From NCBI GenBank assembly GCA_022843485.1, contig JALHNM010000002.1:94238-158237 (forward strand): 64,000 nt of DNA, written 5' to 3'. Positions 36,769 through 46,877 of the stretch are shown here, piece after piece. Position 1 is the first letter of the stretch, and each line of letters opens with the position of its first letter. The DNA comes from Fimbriimonadaceae bacterium (GTDB lineage Bacteria; Armatimonadota; Fimbriimonadia; Fimbriimonadales; Fimbriimonadaceae). A program made the position numbers and the translations under genes. The notes below the pieces were generated by a model. It was not told where the DNA came from. It did not search any database and worked only from the letters and a program-made list of their open reading frames with translations.

Positions 36769-39165
36769 ATGAACCTAAACACACGCTTCGCGCTCGTCGC
36801 GGCGTCCGTCCTGTGCGCGGTAGCTGGGAACTCCCAGAGCCCGCCGAGGCCGACGCAAGGGTCGTTGGCGCCCCCGACCGGCGCAGTTGTCTCGATCCCG
36901 AACACGCCGTGGAGGATCCCGAAGGGCAGCAACGAGGTCTTGGTCACGGCGACGCCGAAGACGATCGACACGTACACTCCCGTCATCGACTACCCGAACC
37001 CGACGCGGACTCCGAACGAGGACACCTCGATCCCCGGGCCGAAGATCCGGGTGTCGCAGGCCCCACTCGCCCAGCAGGTCGAGGATCAGGCGGGCATCTC
37101 GGCTGAGGCCCTCATCGAGAGCTGGGAAGGGATCGGCCAGACGAACCTCTCCCCGCCCGACCCCGCGTTGGGCGTCGGTATCGACCACGTCGTCACCGCC
37201 GTCAACGCCACTTGGCGAATCTCGGACAAGTGTGGCAACACGCTGTTCAACGCAGACTTCGGCGACTGGGTGGGCGATCCGGGCGGCTTCTACTTCGACC
37301 CGAAGGTCCAGTTCGACCCGTGGCGCCAGCGATGGGTGATCATGTACCACCTGTTCGACCAGTCGGCGCAGACCTCGCAGCTCGTTCTGGCCGTCAGCCA
37401 GCAGTCCAGCCCGATCGGCAACTACTGGATCTACCGGTTCAACGCGAACACGGGGAGCGGCGGGACCCTCGCCTGGGCCGACTACTACGACCTGGGCTAC
37501 TCCAACGAGGTCGTGACCGCCTCCGGTAACCAATTCCGGTACTCGGGCGGCTTCGGCGGCGGGTACGTGCGCTGGTGGAACCCGGCGGAGATCTATGCCG
37601 GTGCCGCCGCGACGATGCGCACGCGCAGCCTTGGGAACAACCCGGACGGTTCGGCAGCAGCGACCCCGCGCAGCGTCCGGCTCCTCCAGGACAGCCTGAC
37701 CGCGTTCATCAACTCGCGCGGCGGCGGTGGCAACCGGATCACCCTGTGGTGGTACATCGACCCCCTCGGCGCTGCGACCCAGAACGTTCGCGAGTACACG
37801 GTAGGAGGCTACTCGTCCCCGCCCGAAAGCCGACAGCCGAACGGGGCCTTCACCGACACCATCGACTGCCGACTCATGCCGGCCTACATGAAGGTCATCA
37901 ACAATGCCTTCTACGTGTTCACCGGACTCACGACGAACAACTCGAACCAGAACGGGTTCGCTACGACGCGCCTGCTCGTCATGGACGTGACGAACAGCAC
38001 GAACCCCCTCGACATCGACTTCTTCGCGACGGACGCGCACTCGTCCTTCCCGAGCCCGGCCCTCAACTACCAGAACACGTGTAACTGGGTCTTCACGCGG
38101 ACGAGCACCACGCTCAACCCGAACATCCGGTACGTGAACTGGGAGAACGGGGCCTTCACGAACGCGTCAAGTTCGCTGAGGACGAGCTCGTCGAGCTACG
38201 GCTCGGTGGCCGGTACGGTCTACCGGTGGGGCGACTACTTCGCGGGCGACCTCGACTGGGGAGACTACAACTTCCAAGGCGGCTCGGGCGGTCGCCAAAA
38301 GATGTGGGTCTACGCCGAGTACGCCGCGTCGACGTCCAATTGGGCCACCTTCGTGGGGTCCATGGGCTCGGCGGGGACGGCGGAGGGCGCCTTCAGCCTC
38401 ACGGGTAACGCCTACAACCTCGTCGGCTTCGAAGGCGGGTCGTTCAGCCCCGGCAGCCAGGCCTACACCGTGACGAACACGGGCCAGCTCGGCGCGATCT
38501 GGGAGCTCGAGCTCCCGAACTGGCTCTCGGCGAACGAGTCGGGCGGCACGCTCTACGCGGGCGGTTCGACGCCGTTCACGGTGACGCCCAACGCCGCCAC
38601 CAACGCCCTGACCTACGGGATCTACAACGGTAGCGTCCGGATCCGGAACTGCTTCAACGACGCCACGACCTCTCGGTCGGCCAGCGTCACCGTCCGCGCC
38701 CGGATCTCTCCGAACCGGGTGACCGTCCGACTCGGTCGGCGAGACGCGGGGACCCTCGCGAGCTTCGAGAGCCGAGACGGCAACGTGTACCGCGTCTGCC
38801 GGTTCGTCGTCCCGAACTCGACGACCCCGCCGATCAACGTCGAGCTCGAAGGGCAGGCTCCGGGAACCACCGCCTCGGCGATGGACTGGAACCTGACCTC
38901 GCGGATGGCCCAGTCCGGGTCGTTCCAGCAGATCATGGAGATCTGGGACTGGAACCTTAACAACTGGAGCCCGATCGACCGGCGGACCGACGCCATTAAC
39001 CAGACCCTGACAGCCCGGTCGCTCGCCGCGACTGGTGTAGTCAACCGCTACATCAACGCGAGCCGCGTCGTCCGTGCTCGCTACCGCATCCAGGCGACCG
39101 GCCCGGTCGGCGCCTCGGTCTGGTGCCAAGAGTCGGACTTCGCGAGCTGGACCTTCACGCCGTAA
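36769..39165 (+). CDS. large secreted protein of unknown function with shared C-terminal domain
   Basis: Signal peptide MNLNTRFALVAASVLCAVAG; 798 aa; N-terminal ~650 aa unrecognised; last 149 aa (38716..39162) homologous to the C-termini of ORFs 3228, 25356 and 46878. Confidence 0.7.
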   Translation: MNLNTRFALVAASVLCAVAGNSQSPPRPTQGSLAPPTGAVVSIPNTPWRIPKGSNEVLVTATPKTIDTYTPVIDYPNPTRTPNEDTSIPGPKIRVSQAPLAQQVEDQAGISAEALIESWEGIGQTNLSPPDPALGVGIDHVVTAVNATWRISDKCGNTLFNADFGDWVGDPGGFYFDPKVQFDPWRQRWVIMYHLFDQSAQTSQLVLAVSQQSSPIGNYWIYRFNANTGSGGTLAWADYYDLGYSNEVVTASGNQFRYSGGFGGGYVRWWNPAEIYAGAAATMRTRSLGNNPDGSAAATPRSVRLLQDSLTAFINSRGGGGNRITLWWYIDPLGAATQNVREYTVGGYSSPPESRQPNGAFTDTIDCRLMPAYMKVINNAFYVFTGLTTNNSNQNGFATTRLLVMDVTNSTNPLDIDFFATDAHSSFPSPALNYQNTCNWVFTRTSTTLNPNIRYVNWENGAFTNASSSLRTSSSSYGSVAGTVYRWGDYFAGDLDWGDYNFQGGSGGRQKMWVYAEYAASTSNWATFVGSMGSAGTAEGAFSLTGNAYNLVGFEGGSFSPGSQAYTVTNTGQLGAIWELELPNWLSANESGGTLYAGGSTPFTVTPNAATNALTYGIYNGSVRIRNCFNDATTSRSASVTVRARISPNRVTVRLGRRDAGTLASFESRDGNVYRVCRFVVPNSTTPPINVELEGQAPGTTASAMDWNLTSRMAQSGSFQQIMEIWDWNLNNWSPIDRRTDAINQTLTARSLAATGVVNRYINASRVVRARYRIQATGPVGASVWCQESDFASWTFTP

Positions 39166-39192
39166 GGCACGGTCCGACAGCGATCCCCTCTG

Positions 39193-39227
39193 CCCCCCGG
39201 CCCTCGCGCCGGGGGGCGCTTCGTTTC
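39193..39227 (+). terminator. rho-independent terminator-like hairpin
   Basis: CCCCCCGGC-cctcgc-GCCGGGGGG followed by CGCTTCGTTTC. Confidence 0.5.
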
Positions 39228-39506
39228 AGCGGTTGGGTTCGAGTCAAGGGTGCCTTGGCCGGGTGGCGAACGAGGGCCGACGGATCACCGGAGGGGCTCC
39301 GGGAGCCCGCCTGACCTTTGGGCCTGCCACGACCCTGCGCAAGTGTGCCGTGGGAGGGCTTGTGTCCGCTTGAGATCGAGCGCAGGGGCGATCGACCGTA
39401 AGACGTTTCAAAACTCGGAACCCAGGCGCCTGTCCGAATCCGTCCGCCCGGCGCGAACTCCTCGTGTGGCCCCGCATAAAGGCGGGTTCACAGAGAGAGA
39501 TCGACC

Positions 39507-40160
39507 ATGCACAAGACCCTACTCATCGCCGCGGCCCTTAGCGCTGCCGCCCTCGCCAACGCCACCTACATCGTCAACGGTGGGTTCGAGACCGGGAGCC
39601 CGGGCACCATCAGCGTGATGCGCTCGCCCTGGTACAGCTTCTACAACTCCCCCGACACCCTCGACACCACCGGGATCAACGGGTTCTCGACCGTCGGCTA
39701 CGACTTCGACGGCGCCGGGGCAGGAGAGGGCACTGTCTTCGCCCGCACGATCAATATCGGCTCGTACATCGAGGGCTTCGGGCAGACGATGACGACCGCC
39801 ATCACGGGCGGCACCGAGATCACGATCGGCGCCCTCCTCGCCTCGGAGCTGAACCAAGGCGGCGCCTATAACGCGACCGTCCTTGGCGGCATCGACGTGT
39901 TCCTGTACGACGGCGTCACGACCCAGTTCGTCGGCGCCCTCGCTGCGAGCACGGCCGTCCGAACCTGGCAGTCCCGCTCGCTGACGTTCGTGGCCCCCAC
40001 CGGGACCTGGACGGACATCGTCTTCAGCGGCCAGGCCACCGCGGGCGACATCTCCCAGACCGCCATCGACGCCATCAACGTCGAAGTGGTCCCTGAGCCG
40101 GCCACCCTGCTCGCCCTCGGGGCCGGCCTTGCTGCCCTGGCCCGCCGCCGCCGGAAGTAA
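39507..40160 (+). CDS. PEP-CTERM sorting-domain protein
   Basis: Signal peptide MHKTLLIAAALSAAALANA; C-terminus VVPEPATLLALGAGLAALARRRRK (PEP motif, TM helix, basic tail). Confidence 0.8.
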   Translation: MHKTLLIAAALSAAALANATYIVNGGFETGSPGTISVMRSPWYSFYNSPDTLDTTGINGFSTVGYDFDGAGAGEGTVFARTINIGSYIEGFGQTMTTAITGGTEITIGALLASELNQGGAYNATVLGGIDVFLYDGVTTQFVGALAASTAVRTWQSRSLTFVAPTGTWTDIVFSGQATAGDISQTAIDAINVEVVPEPATLLALGAGLAALARRRRK

Positions 40161-40192
40161 GCGCCCCCGCCTCGGTTCGAGTCCGCGATCCC

Positions 40193-40225
40193 GACCCCCG
40201 GAAACCGGGGGTCGGGTCGTTGTTC
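40193..40225 (+). terminator. terminator-like hairpin
   Basis: GACCCCCGG-aaa-CCGGGGGTC followed by GGGTCGTTGTTC. Confidence 0.45.
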
Positions 40226-40353
40226 AGGGTCACCCTGACGCTGGGGGCCGTTGCCGCCGACCATTCTAGGGCGACCCCGGACGTCCTACCTGTCCTGGGG
40301 GTCGAAGGGAGTCTGTGACGCCCGACGGCCGTATAGGGTAGGAAGGACACAGC

Positions 40354-40953
40354 ATGAGTACCTGGAACATGGGCGTGCCGTTCGTTATCGAGCAGACTGC
40401 GCGCGGGGAACGCAGCTACGACATCTGGAGCAGGTTGCTCAAGGACCGGATCGTCTTCCTCGGCACCGGCGTCGACGACTACGTGGCGAACCTCATCATC
40501 GCCCAGCTCCTCTTCCTGGAGAAGGAGGATCCGGACAAGGACATCGAGTTCTACATCCACAGCCCGGGAGGGGTCGTGAGCGCGGGGCTGGCGATCTACG
40601 ACACGATGCAGATGATCAAGCCGGACATCGCGACGTTCTGCGTGGGCCAAGCGGCCTCGATGGGCGCGGTGCTCCTTGCCGGGGGCAAGAAGGGCAAGCG
40701 CTACGCCCTCGACAACGCCCGGATCATGATCCACCAGGTGAGCGGCGGTGCACAGGGCAGCCTGAGCGACATGCAGATCAGCCTCAAGGAGGCCGACCGG
40801 CTCATGGAGATCCTGGTGGGGATCCTGGCGAGTAGTACCGGTAAAGATGCGGAGTCCGTGCGCAAGGACATGGACCGCGATTACTGGATGTCGGCCGAAC
40901 AGGCCCGCGATTACGGGCTCGTGGATAAAGTTCTCAAGCCTGGCGAGCGATAA
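40354..40953 (+). CDS. clpP: ATP-dependent Clp protease proteolytic subunit
   Basis: [24 protein letters not shown] ... [14 protein letters not shown] (active-site Ser) ... IMIHQ. Confidence 0.95.
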   Translation: MSTWNMGVPFVIEQTARGERSYDIWSRLLKDRIVFLGTGVDDYVANLIIAQLLFLEKEDPDKDIEFYIHSPGGVVSAGLAIYDTMQMIKPDIATFCVGQAASMGAVLLAGGKKGKRYALDNARIMIHQVSGGAQGSLSDMQISLKEADRLMEILVGILASSTGKDAESVRKDMDRDYWMSAEQARDYGLVDKVLKPGER

Positions 40954-40973
40954 TAGGAGGGTAGGGACACTCG

Positions 40974-42287
40974 ATGGCCAAACCGGACGAGCGAAGAGAC
41001 CGCTGCTGCCTCTGCGGCAAAGCGAAGGAGCAGGTACCGAAGCTGATCGTCGGCCTTCACGGGGCCGTGTGCTCGGACTGTATCGACCTCTGCAACGACA
41101 TCCTGCAGAACGAGGGCGGGGCGCCCGTGCGGGAGTCCCGACGGGAGGATAAGGAGACCCGTCGCGAACGGACCCCGGCCACGGTCGGCGGACCCAAGGC
41201 GACCAAAGTCCCCAAGCCGAAGGAGATCGTCGGCTTCCTCGACCAGTACGTCATCGGACAGGAGAACGCCAAACGGTCGCTCTCGGTCGCGGTGTACAAC
41301 CACTATAAGCGGGTGCAGGATCAGGACGACTCGGGGGTCGAACTCCAAAAGAGCAACATCCTCATGGTCGGCCCGACCGGCTCTGGTAAGACGCTCCTGG
41401 CCCAGACGCTGGCCCGGATGCTCAACGTGCCGTTCGCCATCGCCGACGCCACGGCCCTCACCGAGGCCGGGTACGTCGGCGAGGACGTGGAGAACATCCT
41501 GCTCAAGCTCTGGCAGGCGGCCGAGACGCTCGACTCTCGCAACGCCAAGGAGCTCTGCGAGCGGGGCATCATCTACGTCGACGAGATCGATAAGATCAGT
41601 CGCAAGTCGGACAACCCGTCCATCACTCGCGACGTGAGCGGCGAGGGTGTCCAGCAGGCGCTCCTCAAGATCCTGGAAGGCACGACCGCCAACGTCCCCC
41701 CGCAAGGCGGCCGTAAGCACCCGCAGCAGGAGTACCTCCAGATCGACACGAAGAACATCCTGTTCATCTGTGGAGGCGCCTTCGAGGGCCTGGCCGAGAT
41801 CATCATGCGGCGCCAACGGGAGAACGTCATGGGCTTCCGTGCCGACCCCGCCAGCAAGGCCGAGCGCAAGAAGGACGTGCTCCGCGCCGTGAACCCGGAA
41901 GACCTGCTCAAGTTCGGGCTGATCCCCGAGTTCATCGGGCGACTCCCCGTCATCACGACCCTCGACGAACTCGACGAGGAAGCGCTGGTGCAGATCCTCA
42001 CCGGGCCGAAGAACGCGATCCTCAAGCAGTACGCCAAGTTCTTTGAGCTTGACGGGGTTCAGCTCGAGGTCCATCCGGGGGCCCTGCAGGAGATCGCTCA
42101 GGAGGCGATGCGCCGGAAAACCGGTGCCCGCGCCCTGCGATCGATCATCGAGCACGTCATGCTCGAGGTCATGTACGAGGTCCCGAGCGACGACAAGATC
42201 AAGAAGGTCGTCGTCCCGGAGGGCGTCGTGACCGGCCAGACCAAGCCGATGCTCCTCACCGAGGAGATGATCCGGCAGGCCAGCTGA
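40974..42287 (+). CDS. clpX: ATP-dependent Clp protease ATP-binding subunit
   Basis: Zinc-binding N-terminus CCLCGK ... CSDCIDLC; Walker [18 protein letters not shown]; GYVGEDVEN. Confidence 0.95.
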   Translation: MAKPDERRDRCCLCGKAKEQVPKLIVGLHGAVCSDCIDLCNDILQNEGGAPVRESRREDKETRRERTPATVGGPKATKVPKPKEIVGFLDQYVIGQENAKRSLSVAVYNHYKRVQDQDDSGVELQKSNILMVGPTGSGKTLLAQTLARMLNVPFAIADATALTEAGYVGEDVENILLKLWQAAETLDSRNAKELCERGIIYVDEIDKISRKSDNPSITRDVSGEGVQQALLKILEGTTANVPPQGGRKHPQQEYLQIDTKNILFICGGAFEGLAEIIMRRQRENVMGFRADPASKAERKKDVLRAVNPEDLLKFGLIPEFIGRLPVITTLDELDEEALVQILTGPKNAILKQYAKFFELDGVQLEVHPGALQEIAQEAMRRKTGARALRSIIEHVMLEVMYEVPSDDKIKKVVVPEGVVTGQTKPMLLTEEMIRQAS

Positions 42288-42304
42288 ACTGGGTCGAAGC
42301 GAGC

Positions 42305-42336
42305 GAAGGGCCCGGGGAACCCCCCCGGGCCCTTCG
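42305..42336 (+). terminator. terminator-like hairpin after clpX
   Basis: GAAGGGCCCGGGG-aaccc-CCCCGGGCCCTTC, a 13-bp perfect stem. Confidence 0.5.
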
Positions 42337-42486
42337 CGCGTCCGGGGGCTGCGGATTGCGGGCCCGCAAGGGGCCTGGCTGGCAAGAGACCCGGAACCGA
42401 TCCGAGCCTGACAACCCTGCGAGCGGGCCGATCCGCCAGACCGTGAATAACCCAAAGGGAGCAGGTACGGCGGAAACGCCCACCCT

Positions 42487-42846
42487 TTGTCACCGATCAT
42501 GTACACGTTGAATTGGAACCCAGACTCGCAGCGCCTTGAAGCCAGCTTTGGAGGTGTCGTCACCGCCGGCGAGGGACAGGTCTTCCTCGAAGACCTGCGC
42601 GAGGCCCTCGAATCGGAGAATGGCAGCCCGTTCGCCTTCGTCCTCGACTTTGCGACCGTGCGCTCGCTCGCCAGAGGGGTCGAAGACGCCTTCTCCGAAG
42701 CCCGGGACATGGCGAAGTTCAGTGGAGCGAAGGAGGTCGTGTTCGTCGCCCGCGACGAGGACGAGGTCCAGCGGCTCACCGAGCAGCGGCTTCAGCAGGT
42801 CATCGAGGGCCAGGAGCGGTACGTCGCCTACCGACTCGCCTCGTAG
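42487..42846 (+). CDS. hypothetical protein
   Basis: 119-aa ORF, acidic, no recognised motif. Confidence 0.4.
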   Translation: MSPIMYTLNWNPDSQRLEASFGGVVTAGEGQVFLEDLREALESENGSPFAFVLDFATVRSLARGVEDAFSEARDMAKFSGAKEVVFVARDEDEVQRLTEQRLQQVIEGQERYVAYRLAS

Positions 42847-42927
42847 GCCCCCAGGCCCCCGGGTCCCAACCCGGACGGGCCAACCGTGCAGAGTCCGGGC
42901 GGTTCGAGCCATAATGAAGGTTCGAGC

Positions 42928-43001
42928 TGCCCGATCGTCTAATGGTAGGACACCGGTTTCTGGTACCGTCAGTTGGGGTTCGAGTCCCTGTCGGGCAGCC
43001 A
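42928..43001 (+). tRNA. tRNA-Gln (anticodon CTG)
   Basis: Hand-folded cloverleaf: acceptor TGCCCGA/TCGGGCA (U1:A72, as in bacterial tRNA-Gln), D stem GTCT/GGAC, anticodon loop TTCTGGT, T arm TGGGG-TTCGAGT-CCCTG, discriminator G, encoded CCA. Confidence 0.65.
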
Positions 43002-43062
43002 AAAGAGTCCCCTCGCCCCCGTCGAGCGGTTGACTGAGACCCCTTTTCCGCGCTGAATCTGC

Positions 43063-44046
43063 GTGGGTCGGCCCTGGCCGACCGCGGACTTCAGCATGCT
43101 CAACCCTTCTAAGTTCCCTGTGCTGCCGATGCGCGCGGACCGGTTCTACCGGGTCATGCCGTTCGGCGATAGCCTCACGAGTGGCACCAGCACGTTCTCC
43201 GGCTGGCGCGGGCCCCTGAAGCGGGTGCTCGCCGACCTTGGCGTCACCAACTGGGAGTACGTCGGTAGCCAGACCGGTCAACAGGGCTACCTCGCCGATT
43301 ACGGTCGCGACTGGCAGCATGAGGCCTACGGCGGCGAGACCGTGACCCAGCTCACCGCCCGGATCGCGACGGCCCTGACCTCGAACGCCCCGGACGTGAC
43401 CGTCGCGATGATGGGCTCGAACGACGGCGACACCACCGACGTCCAGGTGATCAAGGGACGGTTCGACCGGTTCTTCGACGCCTACTTCGCGGTCACGACG
43501 AACCCGATCGTCTCCCTCAGCCGACCCCCCGCTAACACGAACGGCGCGATCACGATGGACTCAGTGGTGCAGGCGGGGATCGATGGGTGGCGCCTTTCGG
43601 TCCAGGGCCAGCTCTCGCGAGGCCGGAGCGTGCTCCCGGTCGACCCCCACGCCCTGATCCGGGACCACTTCCACCGGTACATGTTCAGCGGCGACAACAC
43701 CCACTACAACGAACTCGGATACCACCAGCTCGCGCTCGGTATCGCCGAGGCCCTCGCCGGGCGGACGCGGCCCCCGGTGGCTCCGACGGCGAGCGTGAGG
43801 ATCACAGCCGCGGGGACCGACTTCGACTTCGCCGAGGGGGCGAGCGTGGCCAAGCTCTCGTCGCTCGACACGTTCGACGTCACGACCGTGGCGGGGCGGA
43901 CGGTGCGGATCCCGGCGCAGTGGCCCGTCGGGACGGCTTGGCCTGCCGCCGTTGTCCGCGTCCACGGCGCCGACGTCACGAGCGGCGGCGCGGTCGCGAT
44001 GTCGAACATCGTCGCCTCCGCGTTCGCCCCTGCGACCCGCTGGTAG
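43063..44046 (+). CDS. SGNH/GDSL hydrolase family protein
   Basis: FGDSLTSG (GDSL block I), MMGSNDG, GDNTHYN (block V D-x-x-H); start may be at 43096 or 43129. Confidence 0.7.
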   Translation: MGRPWPTADFSMLNPSKFPVLPMRADRFYRVMPFGDSLTSGTSTFSGWRGPLKRVLADLGVTNWEYVGSQTGQQGYLADYGRDWQHEAYGGETVTQLTARIATALTSNAPDVTVAMMGSNDGDTTDVQVIKGRFDRFFDAYFAVTTNPIVSLSRPPANTNGAITMDSVVQAGIDGWRLSVQGQLSRGRSVLPVDPHALIRDHFHRYMFSGDNTHYNELGYHQLALGIAEALAGRTRPPVAPTASVRITAAGTDFDFAEGASVAKLSSLDTFDVTTVAGRTVRIPAQWPVGTAWPAAVVRVHGADVTSGGAVAMSNIVASAFAPATRW

Positions 44047-44073
44047 GGCCCCCCGGGGTAGAACCGGCCGCAG

Positions 44074-45060
44074 ATGGGGAAGAGCGGTCGGTTCCTCCGG
44101 GAGTACGGGGCCTTGGTGGCCCTTGTCGTGCTCGTCGTGCTCAACGCCGCCGCCCAGCCGGACGTGTTCCTCCGCCCCGAGAACCTGCGCAACCTCGTCA
44201 ACCAGAACGCGGTCGTCGGGATCGTGGCAGTCGGGATGACGCTCGTGATCATCGCGGGCGGCATCGACCTCTCCGTGGGGAGCCTCTGTGCCCTGGCGGG
44301 CGCGGTCGGTTTGCACACGGTCGCAAGGGCGATCCCGATGGGCGAGGTTTCGGCAGTGGCTCTCGGCGTGGTGGCCTGCGTGGGGGTGGGCCTCGCGTGC
44401 GGGCTGGTGAACGGAGCGCTCGTCGCCTATGGGCGGGTCACCGCCTTCATCGCCACGCTCGTCGGGCTGGTCGGTTACCGGTCGTTGGCGCTGGTGTCGG
44501 CGGACGGCGGGGAAGTCAGGTCGGCGAGCGCGACGGTGCTGCCGGCCATTGGGCAGGGCGGCATCCCGCTCCCGATCGCGACCGCTTCGGGAAGGCCTCT
44601 CGAGCTGACGTGGAACATCTTGGCGTTCGTGGCCGTGGCCGTGGCCGGGCATGTCCTGCTGACCCGGACGACGTTCGGTCGGAACGTGGTGGCGGTCGGG
44701 GCAAACGAGCAGGCCGCGTTCCTCGCCGGGATCGCCGTGCAACGGGTCAAGCTCGCGACCTACGCGCTTTGCGGGGCGCTGTCGGGGCTGGCCGCGGTCG
44801 GGCTGGCGGGCCGGATGAACTCCGTGTCGTCCTCACAGACGGGGGTGCTCTACGAGCTTGACGCCATCGCGGCGGTCGCGATCGGGGGGACGAGCATGGC
44901 CGGTGGCCACGGGCGCGTCTGGGGGACGGTGGTGGGCGTGCTCATCCTCGGGGTCATCTCGAACATGCTCGTCGCGAACGACGTCTCGCCCTACTGGCAA
45001 GGCCTGGTCAAGGGTGTGGTCATCCTGCTCGCCGTCTTGCTCCAGCGGTCGCGAGCGTAA
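44074..45060 (+). CDS. ABC transporter permease (sugar/ribose-type, RbsC/BPD family)
   Basis: Multi-pass hydrophobic profile; GIDLSVGS motif typical of the ribose/branched-chain permease family. Confidence 0.75.
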   Translation: MGKSGRFLREYGALVALVVLVVLNAAAQPDVFLRPENLRNLVNQNAVVGIVAVGMTLVIIAGGIDLSVGSLCALAGAVGLHTVARAIPMGEVSAVALGVVACVGVGLACGLVNGALVAYGRVTAFIATLVGLVGYRSLALVSADGGEVRSASATVLPAIGQGGIPLPIATASGRPLELTWNILAFVAVAVAGHVLLTRTTFGRNVVAVGANEQAAFLAGIAVQRVKLATYALCGALSGLAAVGLAGRMNSVSSSQTGVLYELDAIAAVAIGGTSMAGGHGRVWGTVVGVLILGVISNMLVANDVSPYWQGLVKGVVILLAVLLQRSRA

Positions 45061-45116
45061 GGCCCGCCTGACTGGCCTACTCGCGAGCGCCGAAGGGTAC
45101 GTGCCAAGATGGGGGC

Positions 45117-46127
45117 GTGAAGACCGTCGGTCGAATCGTCACCTGCGTCCTGCTCTGGGTCGCGCTCGTCGCCGTCGTCGGGTGTGGAAGCGCCCCTGCC
45201 CCGGTTGCAGGGGGAGCCTCAAGGTTCGTGGACTCCGGTTCCGCTCCGAAGAAGCTCAGGATCGGCGTCTCGATCCCGGCCGCCGACCACGGCTGGACGG
45301 CGGGCGTCGTCTGGTGGGTCGAAGAGGCGAAGAAGTCGATTCCGGACGTCGAATGGACGGTGGCTACGGCGGACAAGCCGGAGAAGCAGATCGCCGACGT
45401 CGAGACGATGCTCGCGAAGGGCGTGGACGCCATCGTCCTCCTCGCGACTGAGAGCGCCCCCCTCACCCCGGTGGCGAAGAAAGTCAAGGAGGCTGGGGTC
45501 TATCTCGTCAACGTCGACCGCGGCCTGCTCGAACCCGTTGCAGACGTGTTCCTGGAAGGCGACAACGTGGCGTTCGGCCGCAAGGCGGGCGAGTTCATCG
45601 GCCAGAAGCTCAATGGGCAGGGAAGGATCCTCGTCCTCGAAGGCGTCCCCAGCACGGTCAACACGGACCGGAACGCGGCCTTCCGCGAGGCGCTCAAGGC
45701 CTACCCAGGGGTTCAGATCCTCGACTCTCAGGCCGGTAAGTGGGACCGCAAGACCTCGCTCGAAGTCACGCAGACCATGCTCGTCAAGCACGCCCAGGTC
45801 GATGCGATCTGGGCGGCGGACGACGACATGGCCCTCGGGGCCGAGCAGGCCCTGAAGGAAGCGGGTCGCACCGGCGTCTGGATCGTCGGCGGTGGCGGGA
45901 TGAAGGACGTCGTCAAGCGAGTCATGGACGGGGACGCGACGTTCCCGGCGACCGTCACGTACCCCCCGTCGATGGTCGCGACGGGGATGTTCCTCGCGAC
46001 GAGCGCCTTACGAGACGGGAACGTCAAGGAGAAGTCGGCCTTCCTCCCCAGGCACATGCTCATCGACGTCGAGCTCGTGACCCCCGAGAACGCCGGGCGC
46101 CACTACTTCCCGAACTCGGTGTACTGA
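45117..46127 (+). CDS. ABC transporter periplasmic sugar-binding protein (RbsB/LacI-type PBP fold)
   Basis: Lipobox-like LVAVVGC signal; KLRIGVSIPAADHGW ... VDAIVLLATES ... VYLVNVDRGL. Confidence 0.75.
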   Translation: MKTVGRIVTCVLLWVALVAVVGCGSAPAPVAGGASRFVDSGSAPKKLRIGVSIPAADHGWTAGVVWWVEEAKKSIPDVEWTVATADKPEKQIADVETMLAKGVDAIVLLATESAPLTPVAKKVKEAGVYLVNVDRGLLEPVADVFLEGDNVAFGRKAGEFIGQKLNGQGRILVLEGVPSTVNTDRNAAFREALKAYPGVQILDSQAGKWDRKTSLEVTQTMLVKHAQVDAIWAADDDMALGAEQALKEAGRTGVWIVGGGGMKDVVKRVMDGDATFPATVTYPPSMVATGMFLATSALRDGNVKEKSAFLPRHMLIDVELVTPENAGRHYFPNSVY

Positions 46128-46804
46128 TGCGCGAGCGGGGAAGGGCTTTCACACTGATCGAACTCCTGGTGGTGATCGCCATCATCGCTGTGCTCGCAGC
46201 GATCCTGTTCCCCGTGTTCGCGAGCGCGAAGCTGGCCGCTCAGGCCACGTCGTGCGCGTCGAACATCCGCCAGATGGGGGTCTCGTTCACGCTCTACACG
46301 GGCGATACGGACGGCGTCTACCCCCTCGCCGCCTATCCGACCGGGGGCCAAGGGTTCGCGCTCTGGCACGACCTCGTCGATCCGTTCGTCAAGAACAAGG
46401 ACGTGTGGCTCTGCCCCTGTAGCCGGGTCAAGCCTCGGGACGAGAGCGGGGCCCCGACCTCGCACTTCGGCTACAACGTGCGGGGTCTCACGGACATCCG
46501 TCTCGACTTTGCCAACGCCGTCGGCCACCGGGCCGTCTCGGAATCGCAAATCGAACAGCCCAGCGAGACCGTGCTGCTCGTGACCGCCAAGGCGAGCAGG
46601 CTCTCGAGCTTCTGCGGCGACGACGGCAAGCTCCTGCTCTTCCCGAGCGACCCCGACGACGACTGCTGGGGCAGGCCGGACCCGAACGCGCAGGGCAAGG
46701 CCATCGTCCAATGGGCCGACCTTCATACCTCCCGGCGCGCGGCGGGGGGCTTCAGTGTCGGGGCCAACCCAGCCGACCGGTTCTTCGACACCCTCGGAGA
46801 TTGA
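46127..46804 (+). CDS. prepilin-type N-terminal cleavage/methylation domain protein with DUF1559 (H-X9-DG-like)
   Basis: MRERGRAFTLIELLVVIAIIAVLAAILFPVF (class III signal / pilin-like N-terminus); start ATG overlaps the stop of the upstream SBP (TGATG); the 129 upstream track codons are artefact. Confidence 0.75.
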   Translation: MRERGRAFTLIELLVVIAIIAVLAAILFPVFASAKLAAQATSCASNIRQMGVSFTLYTGDTDGVYPLAAYPTGGQGFALWHDLVDPFVKNKDVWLCPCSRVKPRDESGAPTSHFGYNVRGLTDIRLDFANAVGHRAVSESQIEQPSETVLLVTAKASRLSSFCGDDGKLLLFPSDPDDDCWGRPDPNAQGKAIVQWADLHTSRRAAGGFSVGANPADRFFDTLGD

Positions 46805-46877
46805 CCCCGGCAATAGTGCTGGAATCGAAGGAGTCGCTCGTAACCCTTCCAGGCGCTGCCGGTATCCTTGGCCCGCC

